Assembly (NCBI GenBank): GCA_035628035.1
Contig: DASPKS010000180.1
Location: 1-47,537, forward strand
DNA from: Rubricoccaceae bacterium
Lineage (GTDB): Bacteria > Bacteroidota > Rhodothermia > Rhodothermales > Rubricoccaceae
Direction: 5' to 3'
Length of the DNA: 47,537 bases
Shown one piece after another: positions 25,869 through 36,197 of the stretch. Both the position numbers and the translations under genes were made by a program. The notes under the pieces were generated by a model. It was not told where the DNA came from. It worked only from the letters and a program-made list of their open reading frames with translations, and ran no database searches. Each line of letters begins with the position of its first letter. Within the stretch, counting starts at the first letter, position 1.

Positions 25869-27187
25869 GACGCCTCCTCCCTGCCCGACACGACGCCGCC
25901 CGCCGCCTCGTCGAGCGCGTCCCAGAAGCCGGGATAGGAGGCGGCCACGCAGCCAGCGTCGCGAATCGTCGTCGGGGAGGAGGCGGTAAGCGCGGCGACG
26001 GCCGCAGCCATCGCGATGCGGTGGTCGCCGTGGCTCTCGACGGTGGCGCCGCGGAGCTTTTTCCTGCCCTCGATCATCAGCCCGTCTTCCCGCTCCTCTA
26101 CATCGGCGCCCATCGCGGTCAGGAAGGCGGCGGTGGCGGCGAGGCGGTCCGTCTCCTTCACGCGCAGCTCGGCGGCGTCGCGGATGACCGTGCGCCCTTC
26201 GGCGCAGGCGGCGGCGACGGCCAGCACGGGGATCTCGTCGATGAGGTTGGGGATGAGGGCGCCCCCCACCTCGACGCCCACGAGTCCCCCTTCGGGCGCG
26301 TAGACGCGGAGGTCGGCCAGCGGTTCGCGTCCGCGCTCGCGCTCGTTCACGACCTCGATCTGCGCCCCCATCGCAGTGAGCACGTCGAGCAGCGCGCTCC
26401 GCGTGGGGTTGAGGCCGACGCCGAGCAGCTCCAGCGTGGCGTTCTCTAGGATCGAACCGGCTACGAGGAAGAACGCCGCCGCCGAGAAGTCGCGCGGGAC
26501 CACCCAGAGGCCAGGGAACACCCCGTGCCCGCCCCGCACCGTGACGTGCCGCTCGCTCCCGAAGTCCATCACGGACAGGCCGAGCATCCGCTCGGTGTGG
26601 TCGCGTGAGGGCGCGGTCTCCACGACGGTCGTTGCGCCGTCGGCGAACAGGCCGGCCAGCAACACGGCCGACTTCACCTGCGCCGACGGGACCGGCAGCC
26701 GGTACTCGACCCCGCGCAGCGCACCGCCGTCGACGCGCACGGGGGCGTGGTCGCCCTCCAGGTCCACCCGCGCACCCATGCGGCGGAGCGGCTCGGCGAT
26801 CCGGTCCATCGGCCGGCGCGAGAGCGACGCGTCGCCGATCAGCGTGGACGAGAACGACTGCCCGGCAAGGACGCCCGCGAGGAGGCGCATCGTCGTGCCG
26901 GAGTTGCCGCAGTCGAGCGGGCCGGCGGGCGGGCGGAGGCCCCGCAGCCCTCGTCCTCGAACGAACAGGCTATCCTCTCGTGCCTCGGCGTCCACCCCGA
27001 GCTTACGTAGGCACGCCAGCGTGCTCTGGGGATCGGCCGCGTCCGGAAAACCGACGATCTCGCTCTCCCCGTCGGCCAGCGCCGCGAGGATCGCCGCCCG
27101 GTGCGCGATGGACTTGTCGGCCGGTAGCGCCACGCGCCCGGCGATGGCGACCGACGGCTCGACCGTGACCGCCGTCTCTCCGGTCAT
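25865..27187 (-). CDS. aroA: 3-phosphoshikimate 1-carboxyvinyltransferase (EPSP synthase)
   Basis: Trimmed to ATG 27187 (MTGETAVTV..). Motifs LPADKSIAHRAAILAAL, LDCGNSGTTMRLLAG and RVKETDR are present. The track ORF continues upstream into the next gene. Confidence 0.95.
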   Translation of the reverse strand: MTGETAVTVEPSVAIAGRVALPADKSIAHRAAILAALADGESEIVGFPDAADPQSTLACLRKLGVDAEAREDSLFVRGRGLRGLRPPAGPLDCGNSGTTMRLLAGVLAGQSFSSTLIGDASLSRRPMDRIAEPLRRMGARVDLEGDHAPVRVDGGALRGVEYRLPVPSAQVKSAVLLAGLFADGATTVVETAPSRDHTERMLGLSVMDFGSERHVTVRGGHGVFPGLWVVPRDFSAAAFFLVAGSILENATLELLGVGLNPTRSALLDVLTAMGAQIEVVNERERGREPLADLRVYAPEGGLVGVEVGGALIPNLIDEIPVLAVAAACAEGRTVIRDAAELRVKETDRLAATAAFLTAMGADVEEREDGLMIEGRKKLRGATVESHGDHRIAMAAAVAALTASSPTTIRDAGCVAASYPGFWDALDEAAGGVVSGREEAS

Positions 27188-27936
27188 TGCCGGGGGTAGA
27201 CCACCGGCCACTCCTCCGGCGGCGGCAGCTCGTCGGGGACCGTGGGGTCGCAGCCGCGCATGCGGATCTCGACGACCTCGACGGTGCCGTCCTCTCCCAC
27301 GCGGTAGCGGCCGAACTCGCCGCAATCGCCGAGGCCGCGGGCAAGCCCGAACGTCGTGAACTCCCGCGTGTCGGGGTCCACGACCCTCAGGGTAGAAAAG
27401 GTGCCGCCCGGAGGGCCGTAGGGCTGCGCGTGCTCGTCGTAGTCCTGCGCGAGGAGGAGCGTGGCCTCGTCGCCGTCGAGGTGGGCGAGCGCGTAGTAGC
27501 CCTGGTAGGCCCCGAAGTTGCACGTCACCGCGACGACGTGCTCGTCGTCGCCGAAGGGGTGAAGCTCCATCATCCCGCGCGCCCAGTGCCCGCCACCGTC
27601 CGGCTCCGGCTCGTAGATCTCCCGGTTCGACTCGGGGTCCCAGTACGAGTCGCACGCGCGCTTCCAGCCGACGGCGCGGTCAAGCGTGTCGGCGAGCGCC
27701 TTGATGCGCGCGACGCGCGGGTCGTCGTAGTTCGTGTGCTCCATGTCGGCGCCGCCCGTGGCCTCCAGCGCGGCGCGGACCCACGCGCGGGCGTCGAAAT
27801 CGCCCGATGCCCCGCGGAAACCGCCCGTCGTGTTGGTAGCGGAAGCGGCGGAAGGGGAAGACTCGTTCCGGGAGGCGGGCGCGTCGGGGGCCGCGCAGGC
27901 CACGAGCAGCACGAAGGCGGGCAGGAGAAGGCGCAT
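27184..27936 (-). CDS. hypothetical lipoprotein
   Basis: Lipobox LLVAC and several conserved-looking Cys (CDSYW, VTCNFGAYQGYY, GDCGEFGRY, RGCDP). ATGA overlap with the aroA start. Family not identified. Confidence 0.75.
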   Translation of the reverse strand: MRLLLPAFVLLVACAAPDAPASRNESSPSAASATNTTGGFRGASGDFDARAWVRAALEATGGADMEHTNYDDPRVARIKALADTLDRAVGWKRACDSYWDPESNREIYEPEPDGGGHWARGMMELHPFGDDEHVVAVTCNFGAYQGYYALAHLDGDEATLLLAQDYDEHAQPYGPPGGTFSTLRVVDPDTREFTTFGLARGLGDCGEFGRYRVGEDGTVEVVEIRMRGCDPTVPDELPPPEEWPVVYPRQ

Positions 27937-27950
27937 AGCAGGAAGGTAGG

Positions 27951-29000
27951 TCAGGCCAGCACGAGCGGCGTCACCTCCGCCAGCAGCTCCTCCTTCTCAT
28001 GCCAGGGGAGGAACGCGTGGCGGAACCCGTTGAGGACGACCTCGCGGAGGGCGTCGGCCGGGATGCCGCAGCGGGTGTGCCCCAGCCACAGCTCGTCGGT
28101 GACGGTGGTGTGCGAGAACAGCCGGCTGTCGGTGTTGATCGTAACGGGCACCCCCGCGCGGACGTACTCGGCGACGGGGTGCGCCTCGTACCCCGCCACG
28201 ACGTGCGTCTGCACGTTGCTCGTGGGGCACACCTCCAGCGGGATCTGGCGGTCGACGAAGTAGCGGAGGAGGTCGGGGTCCTGCCCCAGCGTGACGCCGT
28301 GGCCGATGCGGTGGGCGCCGCACTTGAACAGCGCCTGCCGGATCGACGCCGGCCCGAAGCTCTCCCCTGCGTGGATGGTGATGTTGAGGAGGTGCTTCCG
28401 CGCGTGGTAGAACGCCGCCCCGTGGAGGTCGGCGGGGTTGCCGCGCTCGCCCCCGGCGAGGTCGAACCCGACGACGCCGCGCTCGCGGTGGCGCACAGCC
28501 AGCTCAGCCTGCGCGAGGCTCGCACTCTCGTAGCGGTCACGGAGGCCGCACACGATCACGCCCGTCTTGACGCCGAAGTCGCGCTCGGCGTCCTTGAGGC
28601 CGGCAAGGACGGCGTCGCTAACGGCGTCGAGCGTCAGCCCCTCCTCGGTGTGGAGGATGGGACCGTACCGAACCTCGAGGTAGCGGACGTTCTCCCGCGC
28701 AGCGTCCTCGGCCATCTCGTAGGCCGCGCGGTGGAGGGCGTCGCGCGTCTGGAGCAGTGGGATCGAGTAGCCGAACCACGCGAGGTACTCCTCCAGCGTG
28801 GCGCTCGCGTCGATCTTCTCAAGCTCTGCGGTGAGGCCCGCCTCGTCCTGCGCGGGCAGCAGGCCCAGCTTGCCCTGCTGCGCGGCGAGGTCGAGGAGCG
28901 TGGCGAGGCGGAGCGAGCCGTCGAGGTGGCAGTGCAGCTCGGCCTTGGGCCAGGCGAGGACGGTCTCGCGGGTGAGGTCGGGCGCGGCGGGTTCGGGCAT
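27951..29000 (-). CDS. add: adenosine deaminase
   Basis: KAELHCHLDGS, IHAGE, HRIGHG and TINTDS metal/active-site motifs are present. Confidence 0.93.
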   Translation of the reverse strand: MPEPAAPDLTRETVLAWPKAELHCHLDGSLRLATLLDLAAQQGKLGLLPAQDEAGLTAELEKIDASATLEEYLAWFGYSIPLLQTRDALHRAAYEMAEDAARENVRYLEVRYGPILHTEEGLTLDAVSDAVLAGLKDAERDFGVKTGVIVCGLRDRYESASLAQAELAVRHRERGVVGFDLAGGERGNPADLHGAAFYHARKHLLNITIHAGESFGPASIRQALFKCGAHRIGHGVTLGQDPDLLRYFVDRQIPLEVCPTSNVQTHVVAGYEAHPVAEYVRAGVPVTINTDSRLFSHTTVTDELWLGHTRCGIPADALREVVLNGFRHAFLPWHEKEELLAEVTPLVLA

Positions 29001-29125
29001 GGGCGAAGCTACGGGCGCGCCGCGCGCACGGGCAACGCGGCATTCCCCATCGGCCGGGGTGGTTAAGGGGCCTTGGGCCGGGGCGATACCGGCGGTACCT
29101 TGCCGGGGTCCAACCCCGCACTGCC

Positions 29126-29470
29126 ATGGGCAACATTGGCGCCTGGGAGCTCGTCCTCATCTTCCTCGTGATCCTCCTCGTCTTCGGGGCCAAGCGCATC
29201 CCCGAGATCGCGCGCGGGATGGGGCGCGGCATCCGCGAGTTCAAGGACGCTACGCAGGACATCAAGCGGGAGATCACGCTGGCCGACCAGCCGCCACCCC
29301 CACAGGTCGGCCCCCCCTCGCAGGCGCGCGCGCCGCAGTACCCCGCCCAGCAGGCGTACGCCCCGCCGCCCGCGCAGGCGCAGCCCGAGCCACACACCCC
29401 GGCCACCCCGCCCGTCGGCGCCCCACCTCCGGCCCCGCCGCCCACCGAAGGCCAGCCGTCGCAGTCGTAA
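29126..29470 (+). CDS. tatA: twin-arginine translocase TatA/TatE family subunit
   Basis: GAWELVLIFLVILLVFGAKRIPEIARGMGRGIREFK, followed by a long Pro/Gln/Ala-rich tail. Confidence 0.9.
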   Translation: MGNIGAWELVLIFLVILLVFGAKRIPEIARGMGRGIREFKDATQDIKREITLADQPPPPQVGPPSQARAPQYPAQQAYAPPPAQAQPEPHTPATPPVGAPPPAPPPTEGQPSQS

Positions 29471-29560
29471 ACGCGGAAGCGAGGGGTCCGTAGGAAGCGG
29501 TCGCTGGGAAGCCGTGTCCGTAGCTTACGGGCCCGGCTTTTCTTCTACGGCCCCCTCTCC

Positions 29561-30439
<879 letters not shown>

Positions 30440-30452
30440 GCGCCGGGGCGGA

Positions 30453-31082
30453 ATGGAGTTCCGCGCTGTCGCCTTCGCCCGGCCCGCCGCCACGTGGGCC
30501 CAGCTCCCCGACGACGGGCTGCCGGAGGTGGCCTTCGTCGGCCGCTCGAACGTGGGCAAGTCGTCGCTGCTCAACGCGCTCATCGGAAGGAAAAACCTCG
30601 CGCGGACGAGCGGGCAGCCGGGCAAGACGCAGGCGCTCAACTTCTACCGTGCCGAGCTGGCCGCCTCGCTGAAGGAGACCGACCCCGGGCGCCCGCTCTA
30701 CCTCGTAGACCTGCCGGGGTTCGGTTACGCGAAGGTGGCGCAAACGCAGCGCGCGGCGTGGGCCCGCCTCATCGGCCGCTACCTCGACGAGCGCGGGGCC
30801 CACGGGGGGCCCCTCCGCGTGGTCGTCCAGCTCGTCGATAGCCGGCACGAACCCTCCGCGATCGACGAGGAGCTGCTCGACCGCCTCTTCGCCGGGCCGG
30901 TCCCGTTCGTCGTCGCCCTCACGAAGGCCGACAAGCTCTCGGGGAATGGGCGGCAAGCGCGGGTGGCCGACTGGAAGCGCCGCCTCGCCGCGGCCGGCCG
31001 CGACGCCCCCGTCGTCCTCACCTCCGCCGAGAAGAAGCAGGGCCTCGACGCCCTGCGCGACTGGATCGCGACGTTCGTCTGA
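30453..31082 (+). CDS. engB: ribosome biogenesis GTP-binding protein YihA/YsxC
   Basis: P-loop GRSNVGKSSLLNAL, plus the LVDLPGFGYAKV and LTKADKL G-motifs. Confidence 0.93.
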   Translation: MEFRAVAFARPAATWAQLPDDGLPEVAFVGRSNVGKSSLLNALIGRKNLARTSGQPGKTQALNFYRAELAASLKETDPGRPLYLVDLPGFGYAKVAQTQRAAWARLIGRYLDERGAHGGPLRVVVQLVDSRHEPSAIDEELLDRLFAGPVPFVVALTKADKLSGNGRQARVADWKRRLAAAGRDAPVVLTSAEKKQGLDALRDWIATFV

Positions 31083-31088
31083 GCTACG

Positions 31089-31502
31089 TCAGCGCTGGCG
31101 CACGAGGAGGGCGTCGGTCCCGTCGGCCGTGTCGTGGAAGTCGAGGGAGTCGCCCCGGAGGCGCACGCGGTACCGGCTCTTGCCGTCGACGACGAGCGCG
31201 GTGTCGCCCTCCAGTTCGTAGGCGAAGCGGAGCGGGTCGCCCTCGAGCGCGGGCGGGAGCGTGATCGTGAGCGTGTCGCCGTCGAACGCGTAGGTCCACG
31301 AACCGCCGAGGTCGATGGGCGCCGGCTCGGTCTCGACGCGCGTCCACGTCCCTTCGAGCGGGCTGGCAGGCGCCCCGGCGGGGGCGCCGGCGTTCGGGGC
31401 ATCGTCGGCACCAGCGTCGCGCCGGCAGCCCACGAGGGCGCTCACGACCACGAGGACTAGCAGGGCACGGGGCATCGGGCGAGGCGGAGGAACGGGGCGC
31501 AT
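31089..31502 (-). CDS. hypothetical lipoprotein (small beta-rich, lipocalin-like by composition)
   Basis: Lipobox ALVGC. The start is ATG 31502 or 31475. No family recognised. Confidence 0.6.
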   Translation of the reverse strand: MRPVPPPRPMPRALLVLVVVSALVGCRRDAGADDAPNAGAPAGAPASPLEGTWTRVETEPAPIDLGGSWTYAFDGDTLTITLPPALEGDPLRFAYELEGDTALVVDGKSRYRVRLRGDSLDFHDTADGTDALLVRQR

Positions 31503-31524
31503 ACCTAGCGCGGGGTCACGGGGC

Positions 31525-32793
31525 TCAGCGCACGAACGCGAGCGCCACCGACACCACCACGATGGCGACGACGGCGGGGAGCAGAAGCCGGCGGAGGCGG
31601 GGACCGCCGAGCGTGAGCACGAGCCCTCCCTTGACGAGGGTGTTGCTCATCGCCGCGAGCACGATGGCGCGCGCGGCCGTCTGGGGCGCGAGCCCGCCAC
31701 GGCCTCGGCTGAGGTCGGCCATCGAGAGCGTGATGGCGTCCACGTCGGCCACGCCGGAGGCGATGGCGGAGACGTACACCCCGGCCGCGCCGAAGTACAT
31801 CGAGGCTGCCTTCGAGACGACGAGGATGAACCCGTAGAGGAGGCCGAACTGGATGGCCGGCCCCAGCCGGAAGGGGTTGGCGAACGAGGTGGGCTCGGTC
31901 TCCGCCTTCTCCCCTTTGCGGAGCGCGAGGAAGCCGGCCCACGCGAGCGCCGCCGCGCCGCCCGCGCCGATGGGCACGGCCACGCGCGGCAGCAGCGCGG
32001 CGTGGACCACCCCCACCTCCACGAGCACGCGCCCGAACATCACGGCCCACGCGAGGAGGATGCCGAGCCCGAGCGCCCGGGCGAGGCCCTCTGCCTCCTT
32101 GCTCTTCTGCGCGAGCGAGAGTGTGACGGCCGTCGACGAGACGAGCCCCCCGAGCACGCCCGTCAGCCCCACGCCGCGCCGCGCCCCGACGAGCTTGATG
32201 AGGACGTACCCGAGGAAGGAGATCCCCGAGATGAACACCACCATCAGCCAGACCTTGAACGGCGTGACGGCGTCGAGCGGCGGGGGCCCGAGCGGTGTAC
32301 GCGGGAGCACGGGGAGGACGAGCGCGGAGATGGCGGCCAGCTTGAGCGAGGCCTCCACGTCCTCGTCGGTGAGCTGGCGGGCGAACGCGCGCGTGTGCCC
32401 CTTCAGCGCGAGCAGCGCCGTCGTGGCGACGGCGACGGCGGCGGCCAGGGCCATCCGGTCCCACACGCACAGCGCGCCGACGAAGAACGTGACGAGGACG
32501 GCGACCTCCGTCGTCACGCCGACCTCGCCGCGGTGCGCCCGGACAGCGTAGCCCACCGCCACGAGCGCACCGACGAGCGCGAGCGCCGCCGCGAACACGA
32601 GCGGCGACCGGAGGAGGAGCGCGCCGTACCCGGCCAGCGCGCCCGTCAGCGCGACGAGCGTGAACGTACGCGCCCCCGCGAATAGCTCGCGCCCTCCCGC
32701 TTCGTCGTGCTTGGCGTACTCCCGCTGCAGCCCGATGAGGAAACCGGCGCCGAGCGCCGCGCCGAAGCGAGCGAACAGGACGACAGGATCCAT
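31525..32793 (-). CDS. MgtC/SapB family membrane protein with DUF4010-like C-terminal half
   Basis: ATG 32793. The N-terminal LGAGFLIGLQRE motif matches MgtC/SapB, followed by about 10 further TM segments. Confidence 0.82.
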   Translation of the reverse strand: MDPVVLFARFGAALGAGFLIGLQREYAKHDEAGGRELFAGARTFTLVALTGALAGYGALLLRSPLVFAAALALVGALVAVGYAVRAHRGEVGVTTEVAVLVTFFVGALCVWDRMALAAAVAVATTALLALKGHTRAFARQLTDEDVEASLKLAAISALVLPVLPRTPLGPPPLDAVTPFKVWLMVVFISGISFLGYVLIKLVGARRGVGLTGVLGGLVSSTAVTLSLAQKSKEAEGLARALGLGILLAWAVMFGRVLVEVGVVHAALLPRVAVPIGAGGAAALAWAGFLALRKGEKAETEPTSFANPFRLGPAIQFGLLYGFILVVSKAASMYFGAAGVYVSAIASGVADVDAITLSMADLSRGRGGLAPQTAARAIVLAAMSNTLVKGGLVLTLGGPRLRRLLLPAVVAIVVVSVALAFVR

Positions 32794-32864
32794 CACGTTG
32801 GAGCGTTCAGAGAAGGCATGGTGCGCACGGGCGCTAAGTTACCTGCCCGCCCGTTTCCATCCCG

Positions 32865-33467
32865 ATGCTCCTTGACGCACCCGTTACGCTCCTCCTGCTC
32901 GTCCTGAACGGCCTCGTCGGCGTGTACACGCTGTTCGTGGACCCCACGCTGCTCGGCCGGTGGGCCTTTCGGCCGTATCGTGCCGCGAAGGAGGGCGAGT
33001 GGTGGCGGTGGCTCACCGCGGGGTTCGTCCACGTGGGGCTGGCGCACATGGCGTTCAACCTCCTCACGCTCTTTTTCTTCGGCCCCCTCATCGAGGGGAT
33101 CATCGGGCCGCTCCGGTTCCTCGCCCTCTACTTCGGGGCGGAGCTGGCCGCGAACGTGCTCACCCATGCGCGCTACAAGAACCAGCCGGCGTACTCGGCG
33201 GCGGGCGCGTCGGGCGCCATCTCGGGGGTCGTCTTCGCGTTCTGCCTCTTCTACCCGCTGGAGACGATCTACGTGTTCTTCGCCATCGGGATGCCGGCCA
33301 TCGTGTTCGCCGTGCTCTACGTCGCGGCCTCCATCTACGCGGCGAAGCAAGGGGGCGGCCACGTCGCGCACGAGGCGCACCTCGGTGGGGCCCTTGGCGG
33401 CGTGGTCCTCACGCTCCTCCTCTACCCCGCCGCCGCGCGCATCTTCCTGCACCAGCTCGGCTTCTGA
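32865..33467 (+). CDS. rhomboid family intramembrane serine protease
   Basis: WRWLTAGFVHVGLAHMAFN, catalytic GASGAISG and HLGGALGG are present. Confidence 0.88.
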   Translation: MLLDAPVTLLLLVLNGLVGVYTLFVDPTLLGRWAFRPYRAAKEGEWWRWLTAGFVHVGLAHMAFNLLTLFFFGPLIEGIIGPLRFLALYFGAELAANVLTHARYKNQPAYSAAGASGAISGVVFAFCLFYPLETIYVFFAIGMPAIVFAVLYVAASIYAAKQGGGHVAHEAHLGGALGGVVLTLLLYPAAARIFLHQLGF

Positions 33468-33476
33468 GGTGGGCGC

Positions 33477-34607
33477 TCAGAGCGGCTTCTCCAGCATCGC
33501 GTAGGTCTTGTCCACGATGGACCCCATGCGCTCGATGGCGTTGCGGAGCGGCATGTTGGTCTCGAGCACCCAGCTCATCTCGCCCGCGTCGTAGCCCTTC
33601 ACGATCCCCCGCTTGAGCGTATCCACCACCATGAGGGAGTCGAAGCCCTTCCCGTGGTGGGCCTTCCGCACGCCGAGGAGCGCCACGCGCATCTCGTAGA
33701 CGGCGCCCAGCTTGGCGTACGCGAGGAGCTTCGGCAGGCCGAGCGGGAGGAGACGCCCGTTCTTGACGTGCTTGAGGGCCTGGTTGAGGTTGGGGAGAGC
33801 AACGGAGAACGCGACGGGCTCGCCGTCGAGCTCAAGGATGGTCACGATGTCGGGGTCGACGACCTGCTTGAGGTCCTTCGCGAGGTGCGCGAACTCGTGC
33901 TCGGTCATGGGGACGTGGCCCCAGTTCTCGCTCCAGGCCTCGTTGTAGATGTCGAGGACGACGCGGGCCTCCTCCATGAACCGGCTCATGTCGAGGTGGC
34001 GGAGGCGGAGGCCGGGGTAGCGCCGCTTCACCAGCTCCGACCCCCGCTCCAGCTTCTTCATGTCGAGGTACGCCTCGTGGACGTAGTACGCGAGCATCGT
34101 CATCACGCGGGCGAACCCGTAGCGCGTGAGGAAGCCCTCGTAGTACGCCTTGTTGTAGGGCATGAGGATCGACGGCTCGCGGTCGAACCCCTCAACGAGG
34201 AGGCCCGCGACGTCGTTCATGCTCGGGTTCGTCGGGCCGCGCATCTTGTCGAGACCCTTCCCGCGGAGCCAGCCGGCCGCCGCGTTGAGCAGCGCCTCGG
34301 CGACGGCGTAGTCCTCGACCGTCTCGAAGAACCCGAAGAAGCCGACGCCGTCGGCGTACTTCTGGAGGTGCATCCCGTTGACGATGGCGGCCACGCGGCC
34401 GACGACCTCGCCCCGCTCGTCCTCGGCGAGGAAGAGCTGCACCGCGCCGTGCTCGAAGAAGGGGTTCTTCTTCGGGTCGAGCACCTTGTCCTGGTCCATC
34501 CGGAGGGGCGGGACGAAGGCGTGGTCGCCGGCGTAGTGGCGGTAGGGGAAATCGAGGAAGCGGGCGCGGTCGCGGCCGGAGGCTACGGGGCGGACGGTGA
34601 CGGCCAT
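33477..34607 (-). CDS. GNAT-fold-like acyltransferase of unknown specificity
   Basis: Trimmed to ATG 34607 (MAVTVRPVASGRDRARFLDFPYRHY..), giving 376 aa. The C-terminal half (..LGVRKAHHGKGFDSLMV..) looks like an acyl-CoA N-acyltransferase fold. The family name is uncertain. Confidence 0.65.
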   Translation of the reverse strand: MAVTVRPVASGRDRARFLDFPYRHYAGDHAFVPPLRMDQDKVLDPKKNPFFEHGAVQLFLAEDERGEVVGRVAAIVNGMHLQKYADGVGFFGFFETVEDYAVAEALLNAAAGWLRGKGLDKMRGPTNPSMNDVAGLLVEGFDREPSILMPYNKAYYEGFLTRYGFARVMTMLAYYVHEAYLDMKKLERGSELVKRRYPGLRLRHLDMSRFMEEARVVLDIYNEAWSENWGHVPMTEHEFAHLAKDLKQVVDPDIVTILELDGEPVAFSVALPNLNQALKHVKNGRLLPLGLPKLLAYAKLGAVYEMRVALLGVRKAHHGKGFDSLMVVDTLKRGIVKGYDAGEMSWVLETNMPLRNAIERMGSIVDKTYAMLEKPL

Positions 34608-34646
34608 ACGAGGCAGCGGGCGGGGAGGGAGGAAGCTACTGGCCCG

Positions 34647-34681
34647 AACGAAAAGCGCGGCGCCCCCAGGGGGCGCCGCGC
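34647..34681 (-). terminator. rho-independent terminator on the minus strand
   Basis: gcgcggcgccccc (34655-34667) and gggggcgccgcgc (34669-34681) form a 13-bp stem. On the minus strand it is followed by TTTTCGTT. It starts about 25 nt after the alpha-oxoamine synthase stop. Confidence 0.65.
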
Positions 34682-34705
34682 CGAAGAAGCCGACGGGAGA
34701 GAAGA

Positions 34706-36031
34706 TCAGCCGGGGTGGCCGTTTGCCGGGACGACGTGACCCGGCTCGCTGTCCTCCGTGATGACGCCGTGCTTGAGGCCCACCTTGCGGAACGCCTCGA
34801 GGATGAGGTCGAGCTCCTCGTCGGTGTGGGTGGCCATGTACGACGTGCGCATGAGCGACTGCCCCGGCGGGACGGCCGGCGGGATCACGGCGTTGACGAA
34901 CACGCCCTCTTCGAGGAGGTCGGTCCAGAACCGGAAGCACGTGTACATGTCGCCGACGACGACGGGGATGATGGGGCTCTGGCTCGTCCACACGTTGAAC
35001 CCGAGCCGGCGGAACCCCTCCCGCATGTAGTTCGAGATCTGGTCCAGCCTTTCGAGCCGCCACGGCTCGGTCTCCAGGATGTCGAGGCAGGCCAGCACCG
35101 TCGCCACGTTGGCCGGCGGCATCGAGGCGCTGAAGATGTGCGTGCTCGCCTTGTGCCGGATGTACTCCGTGACGGCGAAGGAGCCGACGACGAACCCGCC
35201 GAGGGAGGCGAACGACTTCGAGAACGTCCCCGTCGTGAGGGCCACGCGGTCGAGCAGCCCGAAGCACGCCGCCGAGCCGCGCCCGCCCGGCCCGATCACG
35301 CCGACGGCGTGGGCATCGTCCAGCATGAGCGCGGCGTCGAACTCCTCCGAGAGGGCGACGAGCTCAGGTACACGCGCGAGGGTCCCACTCATCGAGAACA
35401 CCCCGTCGGTGACGATCATCTTGCCCGCGTCGGGCCGCTCACGCGTGTACTTCTCCAGCAGCAGCCGGAGGTGGTTCACGTCATCGTGGCGGTAGCGAAC
35501 GGTCTCGGCGATGGCGACCTGCGTGCCGGCGACGATGCAGGCATGGTTGTCCTTGTCCGAGAAGATCAGGTCGCCCTTCCCGGCCAGGCCCTGCATGACG
35601 CCCATGTTGGTCATGTAGCCGGTCGAGAACAGCACGCACCCCTCCTTCCCCATGAACTTCGCCAGCCGCTCCTCCAGCTCGAGGTGGAGGTCGAGCGTGC
35701 CGTTGAGGAAGCGGCTCCCGGTGCAGCCCGTTCCGTACCTCGCGATGGCCTCGCGGGCGGCCTCCTGCACGCGGGGGTCGCTCGTCAGCCCGAGGTAGTT
35801 GTTCGAGCCGGCCATGATGACCTCGCGCCCGCGGAGGACGGCGCGTGTCCCCTCCGAAACCTGGATGGGCCGGAACCACGGGTAGAGGCCGGCCCCCTTC
35901 ACTTGCGAGTAATCGCCCTCGGGGGCGAGGAACTGCTCGGCCTTCTCGAAGATCGCCGGCACCGAGCCCGCCGGGCGCGGCGGGGTTGAGGGCGTGGGCG
36001 GGATCGCGCCGTGGAGGTCGGGGAGCGTCAT
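34706..36031 (-). CDS. alpha-oxoamine synthase family PLP enzyme (serine palmitoyltransferase / 8-amino-7-oxononanoate synthase-like)
   Basis: Trimmed to ATG 36031. Motifs are LYPWFRPIQ, IMAGSNNYLGL, DDAHAVGV and the PLP lysine in GTFSKSFASLGGF. The N-terminal motif resembles Bacteroidetes Spt more than BioF. Confidence 0.9.
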   Translation of the reverse strand: MTLPDLHGAIPPTPSTPPRPAGSVPAIFEKAEQFLAPEGDYSQVKGAGLYPWFRPIQVSEGTRAVLRGREVIMAGSNNYLGLTSDPRVQEAAREAIARYGTGCTGSRFLNGTLDLHLELEERLAKFMGKEGCVLFSTGYMTNMGVMQGLAGKGDLIFSDKDNHACIVAGTQVAIAETVRYRHDDVNHLRLLLEKYTRERPDAGKMIVTDGVFSMSGTLARVPELVALSEEFDAALMLDDAHAVGVIGPGGRGSAACFGLLDRVALTTGTFSKSFASLGGFVVGSFAVTEYIRHKASTHIFSASMPPANVATVLACLDILETEPWRLERLDQISNYMREGFRRLGFNVWTSQSPIIPVVVGDMYTCFRFWTDLLEEGVFVNAVIPPAVPPGQSLMRTSYMATHTDEELDLILEAFRKVGLKHGVITEDSEPGHVVPANGHPG

Positions 36032-36197
36032 AGGCGGCGGGGGCAGGGCGTGGCCGCCGGTGCGGTCCAGCCCACACGAAGGTAGCGCCCGGTAATGCCC
36101 CTCACCCGGCAATATAGAGTGAAACGCCGTCCCTGCTTGGTCCGGCCACCGGTAGGGGCTTCCCCCGGAATACGACGGGCTTACGCGCCAGAGCGCG

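Noticed and set aside
36112-36127. A parS-like sequence near parAB (agagtgaaacgcc contains GTGAAAC).
   Set aside because: Only one half-site matches the TGTTTCACGTGAAACA consensus, and the partner half is absent. I saw no full parS and no DnaA-box cluster (TTATCCACA) in the window.
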